Shown: positions 24,691 through 36,872 of the stretch, piece by piece
Position numbering within the stretch: position 1 is the first letter of the stretch
Layout of the letters: each line of letters begins with the position of its first letter
NCBI GenBank assembly: GCA_030770535.1
Contig: JASVEC010000010.1
Coordinates: 1,178,001-1,242,000 of the forward strand
Direction of reading: 5' to 3'
From: Batkoa obscura
Taxonomy: Eukaryota
Length of the DNA: 64,000 bases
Made by a program: the position numbers and the translations under genes
Notes under the pieces: generated by a model
The model's input: the letters and a program-made list of their open reading frames with translations, nothing else
The model's database searches: none
What the model was told of the DNA's origin: nothing

Positions 24691-24949
24691 TGATAAATAA
24701 TTAAAAAAGATAGAAAAAATAAATTAGAATAAAAGAATTATGTTGAAAAAAATTTTCATTTGTCATTTATATTAAATTTTTCAACTACTAAAATTATCAA
24801 AGTACTGCAACTTTTAATAAATTAGTTATTCCAATGATTATTATGCCATATCATTGGTTCAAGTGAGCTTCAACCATCCAATAAACTTTAAAAATAATGG
24901 TTATTTCTTTAATTAACTGGTTGAATCTTATGACTTTAGTTTCTTTTGC

Positions 24950-26000
24950 CAAATTATATAATGATTTGAATTAAAAATTAAGAACAAGTATTGATCCGCA
25001 TAGCAAGTAATATCAAAGCACTTAACTAAGCAATGGCAAGGATTCTATGAGCAATTGCCTTTTATAAAGCAAGTAATAATGGGCTTGTATTATTTTTAAA
25101 CATATTGACATTTTAATATCTTTAAATTAGTTTGATACTAAGATATATCCGTTTTCACATTCTAGGTACATCTATATTATCTTCATTACTGCTATTACTC
25201 CTGTTACTGATTAAGATAAAACTAATAACTTTAAAAAATGGATAATTTATTTTTATAAGTCAACCATTGCAACCTATTTAGGTGGTAAATTAGCCATCAT
25301 AATTCTTCCTAAATATTTTAATTGAATAGTTCAATAACGTCAAGAATAAGTTATTGTGGTTTGATATCAAATAGTTAACTACTATCATAACACAAAGTTA
25401 CTAGTTCCTTCAAACTAGTGGTTGAACTAGTGGTAAAACAATTTACCATTGAAGATCAGGATATTGTCAGTTGTCCTAAAGGGTGAAGATTGGGAATTAA
25501 TCATAATTGGAGTGGCCCAAAATTTTATAAAGGTCCAAAAGAATCTCGACTCTAATTCTCTTTTAAACAATCTCATCAAAAATAGAGTCTTTGATCAAAG
25601 AGAACAAGTCAAAATCATTTACTAAACCTTTTGATTTACCAAGTGTTAGAGTTATTATCTAGTTCTAGAATAAAGTTGTGACTCTCATATAAAGATTTAA
25701 TGGCTTTACTCATAAACAAGACGTAAGACTATTTAAAGTAAAGCTTTATTAATTAATGTAGAAATATATTATTAATACTTTATTTTGTTTCAAAAAATGC
25801 ACATCTAGAATGGAGTTGGTTTTAAATTTAAATTTACTTTATTTCAATTAAATGGAAATCATCTTAATTTAAATAACATAGTTTGTTAGTTTAGATGGGA
25901 AATTTGCAATGAGGAAATTAGCGTAATCTTCAGTATTCATAACAGCTTCAAACATATATAATAACATATCGGATACAATTACATCCAACACCAGAATCAC
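24950..26000 (+). pseudogene. Possible heavily decayed non-LTR retrotransposon (RT C-terminal) fragment
   Basis: Stop-riddled translation LSNGKDSMSNCLL*SK**WAC...FDTKI and TIATYLGGKLAII resembles L1-type post-RT motifs; weak evidence. Confidence 0.3.
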
Positions 26001-26341
26001 TGAAATTCTAGACTCAATAGCTTTGCACTCTCATGTTTATTACTAGTATACTTTTTATTGGTTAATAATGTTATAAACCATGAGAAATTTGGATAATAAG
26101 TACTTTGTTTTAACTTAAATGTAAGTTTTATTATTTAAATTTGGAGTTTTATAAAATATAATCATATTTCGCGATTTTAATACTGTAACAACGTTTTATT
26201 CATAGTATATCAAACTGAATCAATTATAAATTGCGTTTAAATTGAGCAAGTAACACATATTTGCTTTAAAATTATTGATTTTACTATTAGATAAATATAT
26301 AATACTCTTTACTATTAATAACTTGAAGTAATAAACGATAT

Positions 26342-26440
26342 GAGAGTGCTTTTTTTGACTTTATTATTTTTTCCATTTTTTAAGCGCTATTTGAGTGGAA
26401 AACTTGTTAGTAAAATTCTTAAACACAAAAATACATCTCC
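26342..26440 (+). mobile_element. MITE copy 5
   Basis: Family core; ATAT TSD. Confidence 0.85.
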
Positions 26441-26976
26441 ATATACTAAAGAAGTATGTTTTTTTGATCTGATTTTTTTTAGAACTTTTAGTATACAAGC
26501 TTGTTTTTGATAAAAATTTACATAACTATCAAAAAGTGTTTTAGTTTGAGAATATTTACTTTGTTTTATATATATATTTAATATACTAAATTTTAAAATT
26601 AAATTAAGTGGTGATAGTAAAAAATAGAGGAGTATTATCAAACAAGGGTCCTAAGTAATAAATGTGTTAAGCTTTGATTTTTTAATTGATCTTTTATTAT
26701 TAGACCATTATACTTGTTTTTATTTTATCAAGTTTTCTATATAAATATATATTTTTGTTTAAAATTAAAATTAGGTTTTGTATAGTTAAAGCATATAAAA
26801 CTGTTTAAAAATATTGTAATCCTTTAATGAAATTTTAAATTAACTTAAGAGTAAAATTAATTAAAAAAATTGCATATTGTTGATGACCAATTATTTTTAA
26901 GAAGATTATGTAATTCAAAAAATAATGAACTATGAGCAGTAAATTAAAGCCAATAATTATTTTTCTCTATTTTAAA

Positions 26977-28994
26977 ATGAAAATTCGATTTTATTTTTCA
27001 CTATTAAATTTAATTGCTGGTCATTTTTTATTGCGATGGTAGTGCCTCTTTCTATATTAATATTTTATTTTTAACCTTTATTTAGGATACCAGCTCGATT
27101 ATTAGCTATGCTTCTTCCATTTTCTTTTACTTATTTTATTATAATATTGATTAAAGAAATGATGAATGTTAATAAAAATAACAAAGATAAGAGTGGAATA
27201 GCGAATGTCAAGGAATTGGATGATGATAGTGTTAAAATGAATTCAAAAAAAGAAATTAAAGAAATAAAGGAACAAGAAGGATTGAGGAAACGAAAAGGGA
27301 ATGAAAAGGATAATAGTGTTACTGAAGAAGTGAGAGAAATAAGAAAAAAATCAAGCAAAAATTACATATATAAATGGTTTTTGGGTATCAATTTAATATT
27401 ACATTTACTTGGTTTTATAATGATCTTGGACTTTGTGTTTTATCCCATGTACTTCGAACCATTTAATGGATTAGCATTTACAAGAGTAACTTATTTAAGT
27501 CACAATTATGTGAATTTATTTTTAAGGGTACCAAGAGAAGGTAAATATCAAGTATATTTTAAAAACAACACCGAGTATTACTTAGCTAACGAAATGGAAT
27601 TAATCGAAGGAAAAGATTTTACTAATATTATTCAAGTGGATAATTTATTATCAGATACTAAATATGACTATAAAGTGGTTAAAAATGGAATTAATATATT
27701 TGATAAAGAGTATCATTTCATTACTCATCCTATACCATATTCTGAGAATAGCTTTTATTTTATGGCTGGTTCTTGTATTAAACGTCAATTCCCTTATATC
27801 CCTGGAAATACTAAAGAACTAAAAGGAATTCAAAGTTTAAATCAACTAAAAGCCAACTTCTTTTTCTTTTTAGGGGATTTTATCTATGCTGGTAAATTAG
27901 TTATATTCATTCTGTTTTATTATTTAATATAGTTTTGTTTATTTTTAAATTACAGATGTGCCTATTTATTTAAGTTCTAGTTTAAATACATATCGTATGT
28001 TTTATCGCCAAATTTATCAAGATCAAAATGTATTAAAATGGATTAATAATATGCCCCTTTTTCATATTTATGATGATCATGAAGTGAGTTTTATAACAAT
28101 AATAATGGATAATAATTTAGTTTAATTATAATTAGATTAAAAATAATTGGAACAAAAATTTAGAAGATCCATATCCTCAAGCGATAACAGCCTACTCTGA
28201 ATATCAAGGATTAGGTCCATATATAGTTAATAATAACTCTGAATTACCAAAAACATATTATACAATGACATATGGCAATGTAAGATATTTTGTAATGGAT
28301 ACAAGACGCTACAGAACAATTGATAGTATGCTTGGTCAACAACAAAAGAGAGAGATGATTGATTATTTTTTAAAAGATCAAATTAAATTTCAATTTAATT
28401 TTATTATATCATCTGTTCCTTTAACCCAAAATTGGCAAGGTTATGATCCAAAACAAGATACTTGGAAAGGCTATTTAAAAGAAAGAGAAGAGATTTTATT
28501 GAATTTAAAAGATATCAATAATTTGTTTTTTATTTCAGGGGTAATTATTATTATTATTATATTATTGTTGTTTACATTGTTCTTAGGATCGACATGAATT
28601 AGCAGTAGTTAATCTACCTTATGATAAAATTGAATTTTCTTTATCACCTATCAATCAATTTTATGCTCCATTAACAACCTTTAATACTCAAGATCCTAAT
28701 TTGGACTCAACTATATTTTATCAACGACAAGGAAATAATAAATTTGGCCAATTCTATATTAATACAAAGCAAAATCAATCGATTTTAGCAACAATAGTTT
28801 ATTCTGATAGATTAACTAAAAACAATTATTTTAAGGAAATAGATAGGTTTAATTCGACAACATTAAATGAAGCAAAAGTATTGTTTAATTTTGAATATTG
28901 GAAATATAAGGATGTAGAGCAATTTTTGGAAAAGGCTTTTAGTGCAAAGGAAATTTACCCAGTGTTTATTTTTTTATTTAATGGTAAAATGTAA
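26977..28994 (+). CDS. PhoD-family alkaline phosphatase/phosphodiesterase with N-terminal TM segments, multi-exon
   Basis: After splicing: GSC, FLGDFIYAD, YDDHE..NNW, DTRRYR, MLGxxQK, DTWxGY and SGDRHE. A probable first exon starts at ATG 26977 with intron 27039-27085. Confidence 0.85.
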
Positions 28995-30347
28995 TATTTT
29001 TTTGAATAATATTAAAAGAGTTATTTGTGTTGTTTGAGTTTTTAAGGGTTGTTTTTAAATATATTTTTATTTATTCTAAATAATCAAGTAAATATTTAAT
29101 AATAATGATAATAGGAATATCGATATTAAATTATAAATTCTATGATAATTCTATTAGAAAGATATAGAGCAAACAGCCAAAATTAAATTATAAACTAGAT
29201 AGAGGCAGTAATAAATTTAAATTCTATTAATTTTTAAAATTGGGAAGTTAATTTCTTTAGAAACCCAGTTTTACTTGTCTACCTATTCATGAAAAAGCGA
29301 TGTTTATTTTTAAGAAAAATAGTATTAAAATATAAAAACATAAAATCAAGAAACATAACAGAGCATCTAATTATAAATATTTAACCAATATAAACTTTGA
29401 TTATGTATTTTTTATATATATTTATATTTATGAATAGATGAAATATACTTGTAAATACCACAAATCTGAATAATAAATGAGGAATTGTTTGTAATAAAAT
29501 ATTAGAGTTATATTGAGGTTTTTTAAAAATGTGGGTCTTAAATAAACTAAACGATCATGTTTTTTAAACATTGATAAAAAAATAATAGTATAGTTATTTA
29601 ATTTATTGCTTTGTAACATATATACTAAAAAGTAAAATAGAATAAAAAATAAACTTTCACAAAACTAATAATTAACAGATAAATCACATATTAAAGTGTC
29701 AATAGTTGTATAACAAATTGATGAAAATAAAAGAATTATATTTTTTTAATGTAATTACTCAATTCTGTATTATATAATACATAAGATGAAATGACTATTT
29801 TAAATTTAATTTTATACCAAATAATAAAATAATATTATAATAAAAGAGCCAATAATAATAAAATAGGTTCCCGTACTATACAAATAAATACAAAGACTAA
29901 AAATGTAATATATTAAATAAGTAACTTAATCTAAATGTTTCAATGTTTTAAAAAAGTATTACATTCAATGGTCATCAGACCAAAATTGATTCAGCTGATA
30001 AGATAAACTAATTAATTACATTTTAAAAAAACAGTGAAAAAGAGTAGTTACATAATAACATTAAGATAACAAACAATAAACAACTATCTATTTTATAGTA
30101 TAAAAAGTTAAAACACTGTTTATAGCGGAATAATAAAGCAATTGACAATACAGTCTCTATTAAATGACTTTGTATCTAATAAGATTTAAATTAACATATT
30201 TGTAACTATTTGATATAATAACCAAGTTAGTTTAGATCATTGTTTAAAATGTTCTTATCTCATCAATATATATAATAGCATTTAACAAAAACATATCAAA
30301 ATTTATTTTTTACATTATATCATTTTATCTTATTTCAATCTTAAACA

Positions 30348-31388
30348 ATGCCATTAACACCAGGTCAAAGTATACAAATAGTAATAGCGGTGATAGGTTT
30401 AATATTAAATTTACTTGTAGGCTGGGTAGTAAGCTATGGTTTAAAATTAAAGAGTACGGATTTAGTATTGATATTAATCATTGCTATTGGAGATAGTTAT
30501 TATTACTTACATAATATAATACGAATGGTATTAGTAGGTACTGGTTATTTAATAGTGAATCCTAAAATACTGAACCCCACTCCTAGTTGGTGGTGTCATT
30601 TCGATGCTACTGTTGATATGACAGTCTATTTATTTTGTATTGAATTAGTAGCTATCTTGAGTTTTATGCGTTATTTAAGTATTTGTAAAAAAATGACATA
30701 TAATCCAAAATTATGGTATGGTTTAAGTTTACTATCTTTTCTCTCTAATCTTGGGTTTTCATTAGCTTATATTATTAATGGATTTTATAAATGGTCAGAT
30801 ACTGAACTAGTCTGTGTGCCTACAAAAAACCCAGAGACTTGGGATAATTTATTTGAAACTTACTATTATTTAACATTTGGTACTTATGTTGTACGTTCCA
30901 TTATTTCTTTATTAGTGATTTCATTTTCGTATTTTAACATGACTTCGTCTTATTATCAAGTGATATCCTCCTCTGGCACCATGCTATTGAAAGATGCCAA
31001 TTCATCTACTCATGTTGAACAAACAAATCCAGCAGTTCAAACCTCACGCTATGTTTCTAATAATATTGAGCAAGATTATACAAGTCAACAAAAGATCATA
31101 CGTAATCAAAAATGGCTAACAGTAATTAAATTAATGGGTGCTGTTTTCGCTTATTCTATCTCTGTGATCCCAGATATGGTTTTAAATATATTAATTCTTT
31201 TATCCAATAATTTAATTAATTTAAATATTGATTATACCATTCCTGTGGTCACTAGTCTGCTATTAAGTTGTTATGGTTTGATTAATGCAGTATTTGTGTT
31301 GTCGTCGCATGACCCTTCAAGACGTTATTTGTTATTTAAAATGGAGTGTTTAATCACTGATTTTAAAGTTCTATTAAATTTGGGATAG
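30348..31388 (+). CDS. Seven-transmembrane GPCR-like protein (rhodopsin-like fold)
   Basis: Seven hydrophobic segments, N in TM1, D in TM2, W-C before TM3, MRYLSIC (DRY-like), ECL2 Cys, P in TM6, N in TM7. Confidence 0.8.
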   Translation: MPLTPGQSIQIVIAVIGLILNLLVGWVVSYGLKLKSTDLVLILIIAIGDSYYYLHNIIRMVLVGTGYLIVNPKILNPTPSWWCHFDATVDMTVYLFCIELVAILSFMRYLSICKKMTYNPKLWYGLSLLSFLSNLGFSLAYIINGFYKWSDTELVCVPTKNPETWDNLFETYYYLTFGTYVVRSIISLLVISFSYFNMTSSYYQVISSSGTMLLKDANSSTHVEQTNPAVQTSRYVSNNIEQDYTSQQKIIRNQKWLTVIKLMGAVFAYSISVIPDMVLNILILLSNNLINLNIDYTIPVVTSLLLSCYGLINAVFVLSSHDPSRRYLLFKMECLITDFKVLLNLG

Positions 31389-31855
31389 TTTCAAGTCTTT
31401 TTATATCTTTGAAGCTTCAACGGTGTATTTGAATCTGTTTAATATTAATATAGCAATATCACAATTTTATGGCTCAAAATTTGATGTTTAAAAAAATAAA
31501 AAATAAAGTTATTATTTTATTTTTATATTAAAATATATCATTATCATATAATAAAGAGTTATTAAATAAGTATCGATATTGCTGTTAAATTTTATAACAA
31601 TGATAACTTAAACTAACTTAGTATATCTTTTTATTTTAATTTTATAAATCATTAGAGTATTTGACATTAATTTACATATATATTTATAATATAAGACTCT
31701 ACTTTAAATCTAAAAAATTATCATTTGTCAATATTTTTAATGATCTTAAATAAAAAATAAAATGTAGCATTCTTATATGTTAGCCAGTGTACCTTCAATT
31801 TTTTAAGTGCAATAAAATTAATAAATTAAATAAAAAAATTACAATAATATATTAA

Positions 31856-31927
31856 TCTCGGGTAGTATAGTGGTGAGTATCCCCGCCTGTCACGCGGGAG
31901 ACCGGGGTTCAATTCCCCGCTCGAGAG
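31856..31927 (+). tRNA. tRNA-Asp(GTC), second copy
   Basis: Identical to the 21596..21667 copy in opposite orientation. Confidence 0.95.
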
Positions 31928-32133
31928 TATATCACTTTTCTTTTATGAAATCAAACACAACGGGATAGCTATTTTAAAACAAGTAGTGACATTTGATGTA
32001 ATAGTTTTATAAAGACATACAAAATGATTGATTTGTTATTTAAACAGTATTAAAAATTCATTGTTTGACTTCAAATATTGATTTAAAAACTTTCAGGTTT
32101 AAAATGATAAACGAGTTATTTTTGAGTTAATAT

Positions 32134-32232
32134 GAGAAAGTATTTTTTGTTTAAGGATTTTACTAGCAATCTTTTCACTCAAATAGCCTCTAAAAAATGG
32201 AAAAAGTAATGAAATCGAAAAAAACATCCCCC
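32134..32232 (-). mobile_element. MITE copy 6
   Basis: Family core, ends ACATCCCCC. Confidence 0.8.
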
Positions 32233-32592
32233 TATTATTATCATTTAATAAACAATAAAACACCAGGAGAGTGTTATAGGATAGGGAGAGTATTTTTTAG
32301 CAAACAATTTAATTTTGTTTGTTTAACTATATAAAAAGATTTCTATGTAAACTAGGTGTGTTGTAGCTTATTCAAACAGTTATACTTTTTTAATTCGGTT
32401 TTACTGCTTTTTTTATTAATTTTTATTCTCTTTCTTTTATTATATTGTATTAACCTTATTATTAAAAATAAAGTTTTGAAACTAATTTTCACAAACAACT
32501 CAATAGCTTCTAATTGTCAAAAGAAAAAATTAAATACGCATCACCATCAATTAACTCCACTTTTAAAAAGCTAAAATTGAGCAATAGTAAAT

Positions 32593-32691
32593 GGGGCTGT
32601 TTTTTTTAGTTTCATTACTTTTTCCATTTTTTAAGCACTATTTGAGTGGAAAATTTGTTAGTAAAATTCTTAAACACAAAAATACATCCTC
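32593..32691 (+). mobile_element. MITE copy 7
   Basis: Family core; AAAT TSD. Confidence 0.85.
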
Positions 32692-33082
32692 AAATAATGG
32701 TGTATTATACTATAAAATAATGCTTAAGTAAGCTTTAATTTTACTAACAAAATAAAAATACTTTTCTTTAAGGGCTTAAATTAAAAACTTAAATTAAAAA
32801 CTAGCAATAGTAATAGTATAAATTTGAGCTATAACCAATTTATTTTTTAATATATTTTATTTATTATTAGCATATAAATATAGGTTCTATAAAGAACAGT
32901 AATCAATTTTACTTAATGTTTTAATAAAATAAGGTCACTAAACTTCTAAATAAAGAAATATCCAATCCAAGGTTTAAATTGCAAAAACCTAAGTTCCAGC
33001 TTTTTAATTTAGTCTCAAGCACCTTTTAAACCAAAAGTACGATTTAGTCTAAAGAAAGAGATTCAAATATCAAGTACTTAGG

Positions 33083-36064
33083 ATGGAAGAGTTAGAAAAT
33101 TATTTTGAAATTGATAAATCGTTACAATTTGCTGAAGAAAATAGCCAAAATTCGGAAAAATTTCATCAACCTAGTCCAAGATATAATGAGCACATTGATT
33201 ATGGAGAAATTGAAAAGATTAAAGTGGTAGGTCGAGGTGTTTTTGGTAAAGTTTATAGGTGTCGATATCGAGCTCAAATTTATGCTTTAAAAACATTAAC
33301 CAATTCCTTGATGTTAACTTCAAAAGAAAAGGAACGTCATGTTCAAAGTTTAAAATTAGAAGCAAGAGCTTTATCACAGATTCGAGTATGTGATTATGTG
33401 ATTGAATTAGCAGGCACCTGTTTAGATAAATCAAACCAAATTTGTATCCTTATGGAATATGTACATGGGCCTAATATGCACCAATTTATGGAAAATTTTC
33501 ACCATCGTTTACCTTGGAAAAAGAAAGAAGCTTTAGCTTGGGAAATAGCAGCTGGGGTAACTTTTATTCATGATAGAAATATTTTACATCGAGATTTAAA
33601 ATCAGATAATATCCTTATCTCCTTATCTCCTTTATCTGATACTGAAAAATTAGAAGTGGATATCTCTGATTTAATTAAGTGTGAACCAAACTTACAACAT
33701 ATCCATGCCAAAATTGCTGATTTTGGTATTTGTAAAATCACCAATGAAACTTATTCAACCAAAGAATCCTTCCGTGGGGCTGGTTCTCCACCTTGGATGG
33801 CACCAGAATTGTGTATGGATGAAACTTTGGTACCGACAAAACAGAGTGATGTTTATAGTTTAGGTTGGATCCTTTGGGAATTAGCTGTCTCAGATGGTCG
33901 TCGACCTTATGAAGGGCATACTATGAACCAAATCTTCCAATTTAAAGTTTCTGGTTATGTAGAACCTTTACCAAATGAAATTCCAGAATATTATAGGGAA
34001 TTGGTCATTGCTTGTACTTCTTACGAACCTTTGGACCGTCCCTTTGCTGGCCAAGTAATGGAAACAATTCGAGATGAACAAGAAGCGGATAATGGGGAAG
34101 ACGAATTAATCGGCTATTATGAAACGTTCGGACAATTGCATGGTACTCACAACTTTCATCCTACTCGATTGTCCAATGTCAATGATGTTAGTATGCCAAA
34201 AGATAGAGCATTTGGTGGTGAATCAAAGGGGATCAATTTAGCTTCTGAGGCTTCTTTAAAAGAGTTTACAACTCCAGAAAAAAAAGAAGCACTCTTAGAA
34301 AGTTTAGCTAAAAAATGCGTTGAAAATGATTTTACAGCTCGTACGGATATGCTAATACTCTTTGGTATAAGAGCAGATACCGAAGCTATCTTATTATGTG
34401 GTATGGGGGATTGTTATAGTTCTGGATCCCATGGATTTACTAATATTGTTCGAGCGATTATATGCTATGAAAATTCAGCAAGTTTAAATTATTCCCCAGC
34501 TATCTGTAAGCTAGGTTTATGTTATCGAGATGGTATAGGAAAGCAACAATCCATTACTAAAGCTATTCAATGTTTCGAAATGGCAGCTGAATTGGATGAT
34601 CCTATTGCTCAATGCTGCCTTGGTGAATGCTATACTTTAGGGATTGGGGTTGACCAAGATTTTCAAATGGCTTTGCAATTTTTTGAACTTTCAGCGGGTA
34701 AAGATAATTCAGATGCTCAAATGCAATTAGGTAAATGTTACTATAATGGGCTTGGGGTTAAAGTAGATACTAATAAAGCTCACAATTATTTTATGCTTGC
34801 TGCTTCACAAGATCATCCAGAAGCACAATATATCCTCGGTGTAATGTATGCCCAAGGGATTTCTAAACCACCTAATAAGGTTGAATCTTTTAACTTTTTC
34901 CTTAAGGCTGCCTTACTAGATCACCCAGAAGCACAGAATAATGTTGGTAGCTGTTATTATTTTGGAAGAGGAGTAGAAAAAGATTATGTTAAAGCAACAG
35001 AGTGGTTTTTTAAAGCTGCATCCCAAGACTCAGCTTCAGCACAAAACAACTTAGGTCATTGTTATGAGATGGGCCATGGAGTAGAAATGAACACTTCAGA
35101 AGCATTTAATTGGTTTCAAAAAGCAGCGAACAACCATCATCCAGGGGCACAAAATTCATTAGCTAATTTTTATATGGCAGGGCGAGCAGCACCCAAATCG
35201 CCTTTTTTGGCATTTGAATGGTATAGTAAATCAGCGGAAAAAAACCATCCAAGAGGGCAAAAAAATCTTGCACTTTGCTATTATGAAGGAGTGGGCACAG
35301 CAAAAGATTATAAAGAAGCGTATTATTGGTATACAAAGGCAGCTGAACAAGGTAATGTTGATGCTATGATGAAATTAGGCAAATTGGCTAGCAATGGAGA
35401 AGGCGTAACTGCTGATTATTCGCTTGCTTTTTATTGGTATAACAGAGCAGCTGAGACGAGTGATCCAAATGCACAAATTGCAGTAGGTAAATGTTATTTA
35501 AGAGGAAAGGGGGTGCCTAAAAACCTCGATGATGGATTTTTATGGATCTCTAAAGCAGCTTCACAAGATAATATGACAGCTATCACTTACCTTGGTATTT
35601 GCTTTTTAAATGGCCATGGATGTACTAAAAATCCTATCAAAGCTTATCAATGCTTCTTAAAGGCATCTACTATGGGATCAGCCCAAGCTAGTTTTAATCT
35701 CGGTGATTTGTATCGTAAGGGAGTTGGTACGCCAAATGGCTCTGATTTGTTAAAAGCAGTCGAATATTACGAAAGAGCAGCAAGTAAACGCCATGCTATG
35801 GCCTTGTTTTATCTTGGAGTATGTTATCATCGTGGGTTAGGGGCAGGTACGGATTTAAGTAAATCTATCAATTATCTTAAAGAATCCATATCGTTGGGAT
35901 GTAAAGAAGCGGAGTATTATTTAGAAAAAGTCAAGGCATTGAATAGTAGTCCAAATGTTAAAAATAGCATAGAAAATAAAAGACAACTTCATCCAGGTCG
36001 ACCACCATCACCAACAGGTAACAATGTAGAAAACCACAAAGACAAAGACTGCCTTATTTTATAG
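33083..36064 (+). CDS. TKL-like protein kinase + SEL1-repeat protein with C-terminal CaaX (CLIL)
   Basis: GRGVFG, ALK, HRDLKSDN, DFG and WMAPE are intact; more than ten SEL1 repeats; ends KDKDCLIL*; intronless. Confidence 0.92.
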   Translation: MEELENYFEIDKSLQFAEENSQNSEKFHQPSPRYNEHIDYGEIEKIKVVGRGVFGKVYRCRYRAQIYALKTLTNSLMLTSKEKERHVQSLKLEARALSQIRVCDYVIELAGTCLDKSNQICILMEYVHGPNMHQFMENFHHRLPWKKKEALAWEIAAGVTFIHDRNILHRDLKSDNILISLSPLSDTEKLEVDISDLIKCEPNLQHIHAKIADFGICKITNETYSTKESFRGAGSPPWMAPELCMDETLVPTKQSDVYSLGWILWELAVSDGRRPYEGHTMNQIFQFKVSGYVEPLPNEIPEYYRELVIACTSYEPLDRPFAGQVMETIRDEQEADNGEDELIGYYETFGQLHGTHNFHPTRLSNVNDVSMPKDRAFGGESKGINLASEASLKEFTTPEKKEALLESLAKKCVENDFTARTDMLILFGIRADTEAILLCGMGDCYSSGSHGFTNIVRAIICYENSASLNYSPAICKLGLCYRDGIGKQQSITKAIQCFEMAAELDDPIAQCCLGECYTLGIGVDQDFQMALQFFELSAGKDNSDAQMQLGKCYYNGLGVKVDTNKAHNYFMLAASQDHPEAQYILGVMYAQGISKPPNKVESFNFFLKAALLDHPEAQNNVGSCYYFGRGVEKDYVKATEWFFKAASQDSASAQNNLGHCYEMGHGVEMNTSEAFNWFQKAANNHHPGAQNSLANFYMAGRAAPKSPFLAFEWYSKSAEKNHPRGQKNLALCYYEGVGTAKDYKEAYYWYTKAAEQGNVDAMMKLGKLASNGEGVTADYSLAFYWYNRAAETSDPNAQIAVGKCYLRGKGVPKNLDDGFLWISKAASQDNMTAITYLGICFLNGHGCTKNPIKAYQCFLKASTMGSAQASFNLGDLYRKGVGTPNGSDLLKAVEYYERAASKRHAMALFYLGVCYHRGLGAGTDLSKSINYLKESISLGCKEAEYYLEKVKALNSSPNVKNSIENKRQLHPGRPPSPTGNNVENHKDKDCLIL

Positions 36065-36576
36065 TCTAATGGGGTCTATTTTGCTATTACTAACCTTTTT
36101 AAATATTGTTGTTGTTAAGTATGAGAACTTTTGATTTAGTATTATTTTTAATATAAATTAATTAACTATTTTATTATAATATTTTATTTTATAATATTTT
36201 ATAATATGGGGTTGTCTGAACTAGTTTCATTATTTTATTCAATTTTTAAATATTTTGTATTTTAAAAACTTCGCTTAAAACTATGAAATAATTTTTTTAT
36301 TAAAACAAAAGTACCCTGACACAGTTCTAAACCATTCTATTATAATTTGTACTCTAAGTTGGCTGAATTTCTACTAGATCTTAAATATATATTCTTATAA
36401 AACTTTATTGAGGAACGTTTATTATTGACTCCTTTATAACCAACATTGCAGATTTGTTATCAGATAAATAAACTATTTTAATGTTATAATTACATTATTA
36501 ATATATTGCCAAGTCAATAAATACCTGGATGGGAGGGAGTGGTTAGCCCCAAAACTATAATTAACCATCCCTATAT

Positions 36577-36671
36577 GGGAGTGTTTTGACTTCACTATTT
36601 TTTCCATTTTTTAAGCGCTATTTAAGCGGAAATTTTGTTAGTAAAATTCTTAAACACAAAAGTACATCCCC
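36577..36671 (+). mobile_element. MITE copy 8
   Basis: Family core; ATAT TSD. Confidence 0.85.
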
Positions 36672-36773
36672 ATATACTACAAATAATATAATAATAGTTT
36701 TTACTTATTATTGTAACTACTTATTGACTATTTATTAACTTAGCTATTAATAACTTAAGCAATATCAACATTT

Positions 36774-36868
36774 GAGGATGTGTTTTCTTGTTTAAGAATT
36801 TTACTAACAATCTTTCCACTCAAATAGCGCTTAAAAAATGGAAAAATAATAAAACTAAAAACAACCCC
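36774..36868 (-). mobile_element. MITE copy 9
   Basis: Family core; ATTT TSD. Confidence 0.85.
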
Positions 36869-36872
36869 ATTT

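Noticed and set aside
26387..26641. Short ORFs containing GDVFLCLRILL or KRYLSGK (also 37833, 50782, 51669) as a peptide family
   Set aside because: The shared peptide is just the translated MITE.
36525..36572. Small GC-richer hairpin (GGGAGTGGTTAG...TTAACCATCCC) as the transposon terminus
   Set aside because: I found no convincing matching inverted end beyond 38.5 kb.
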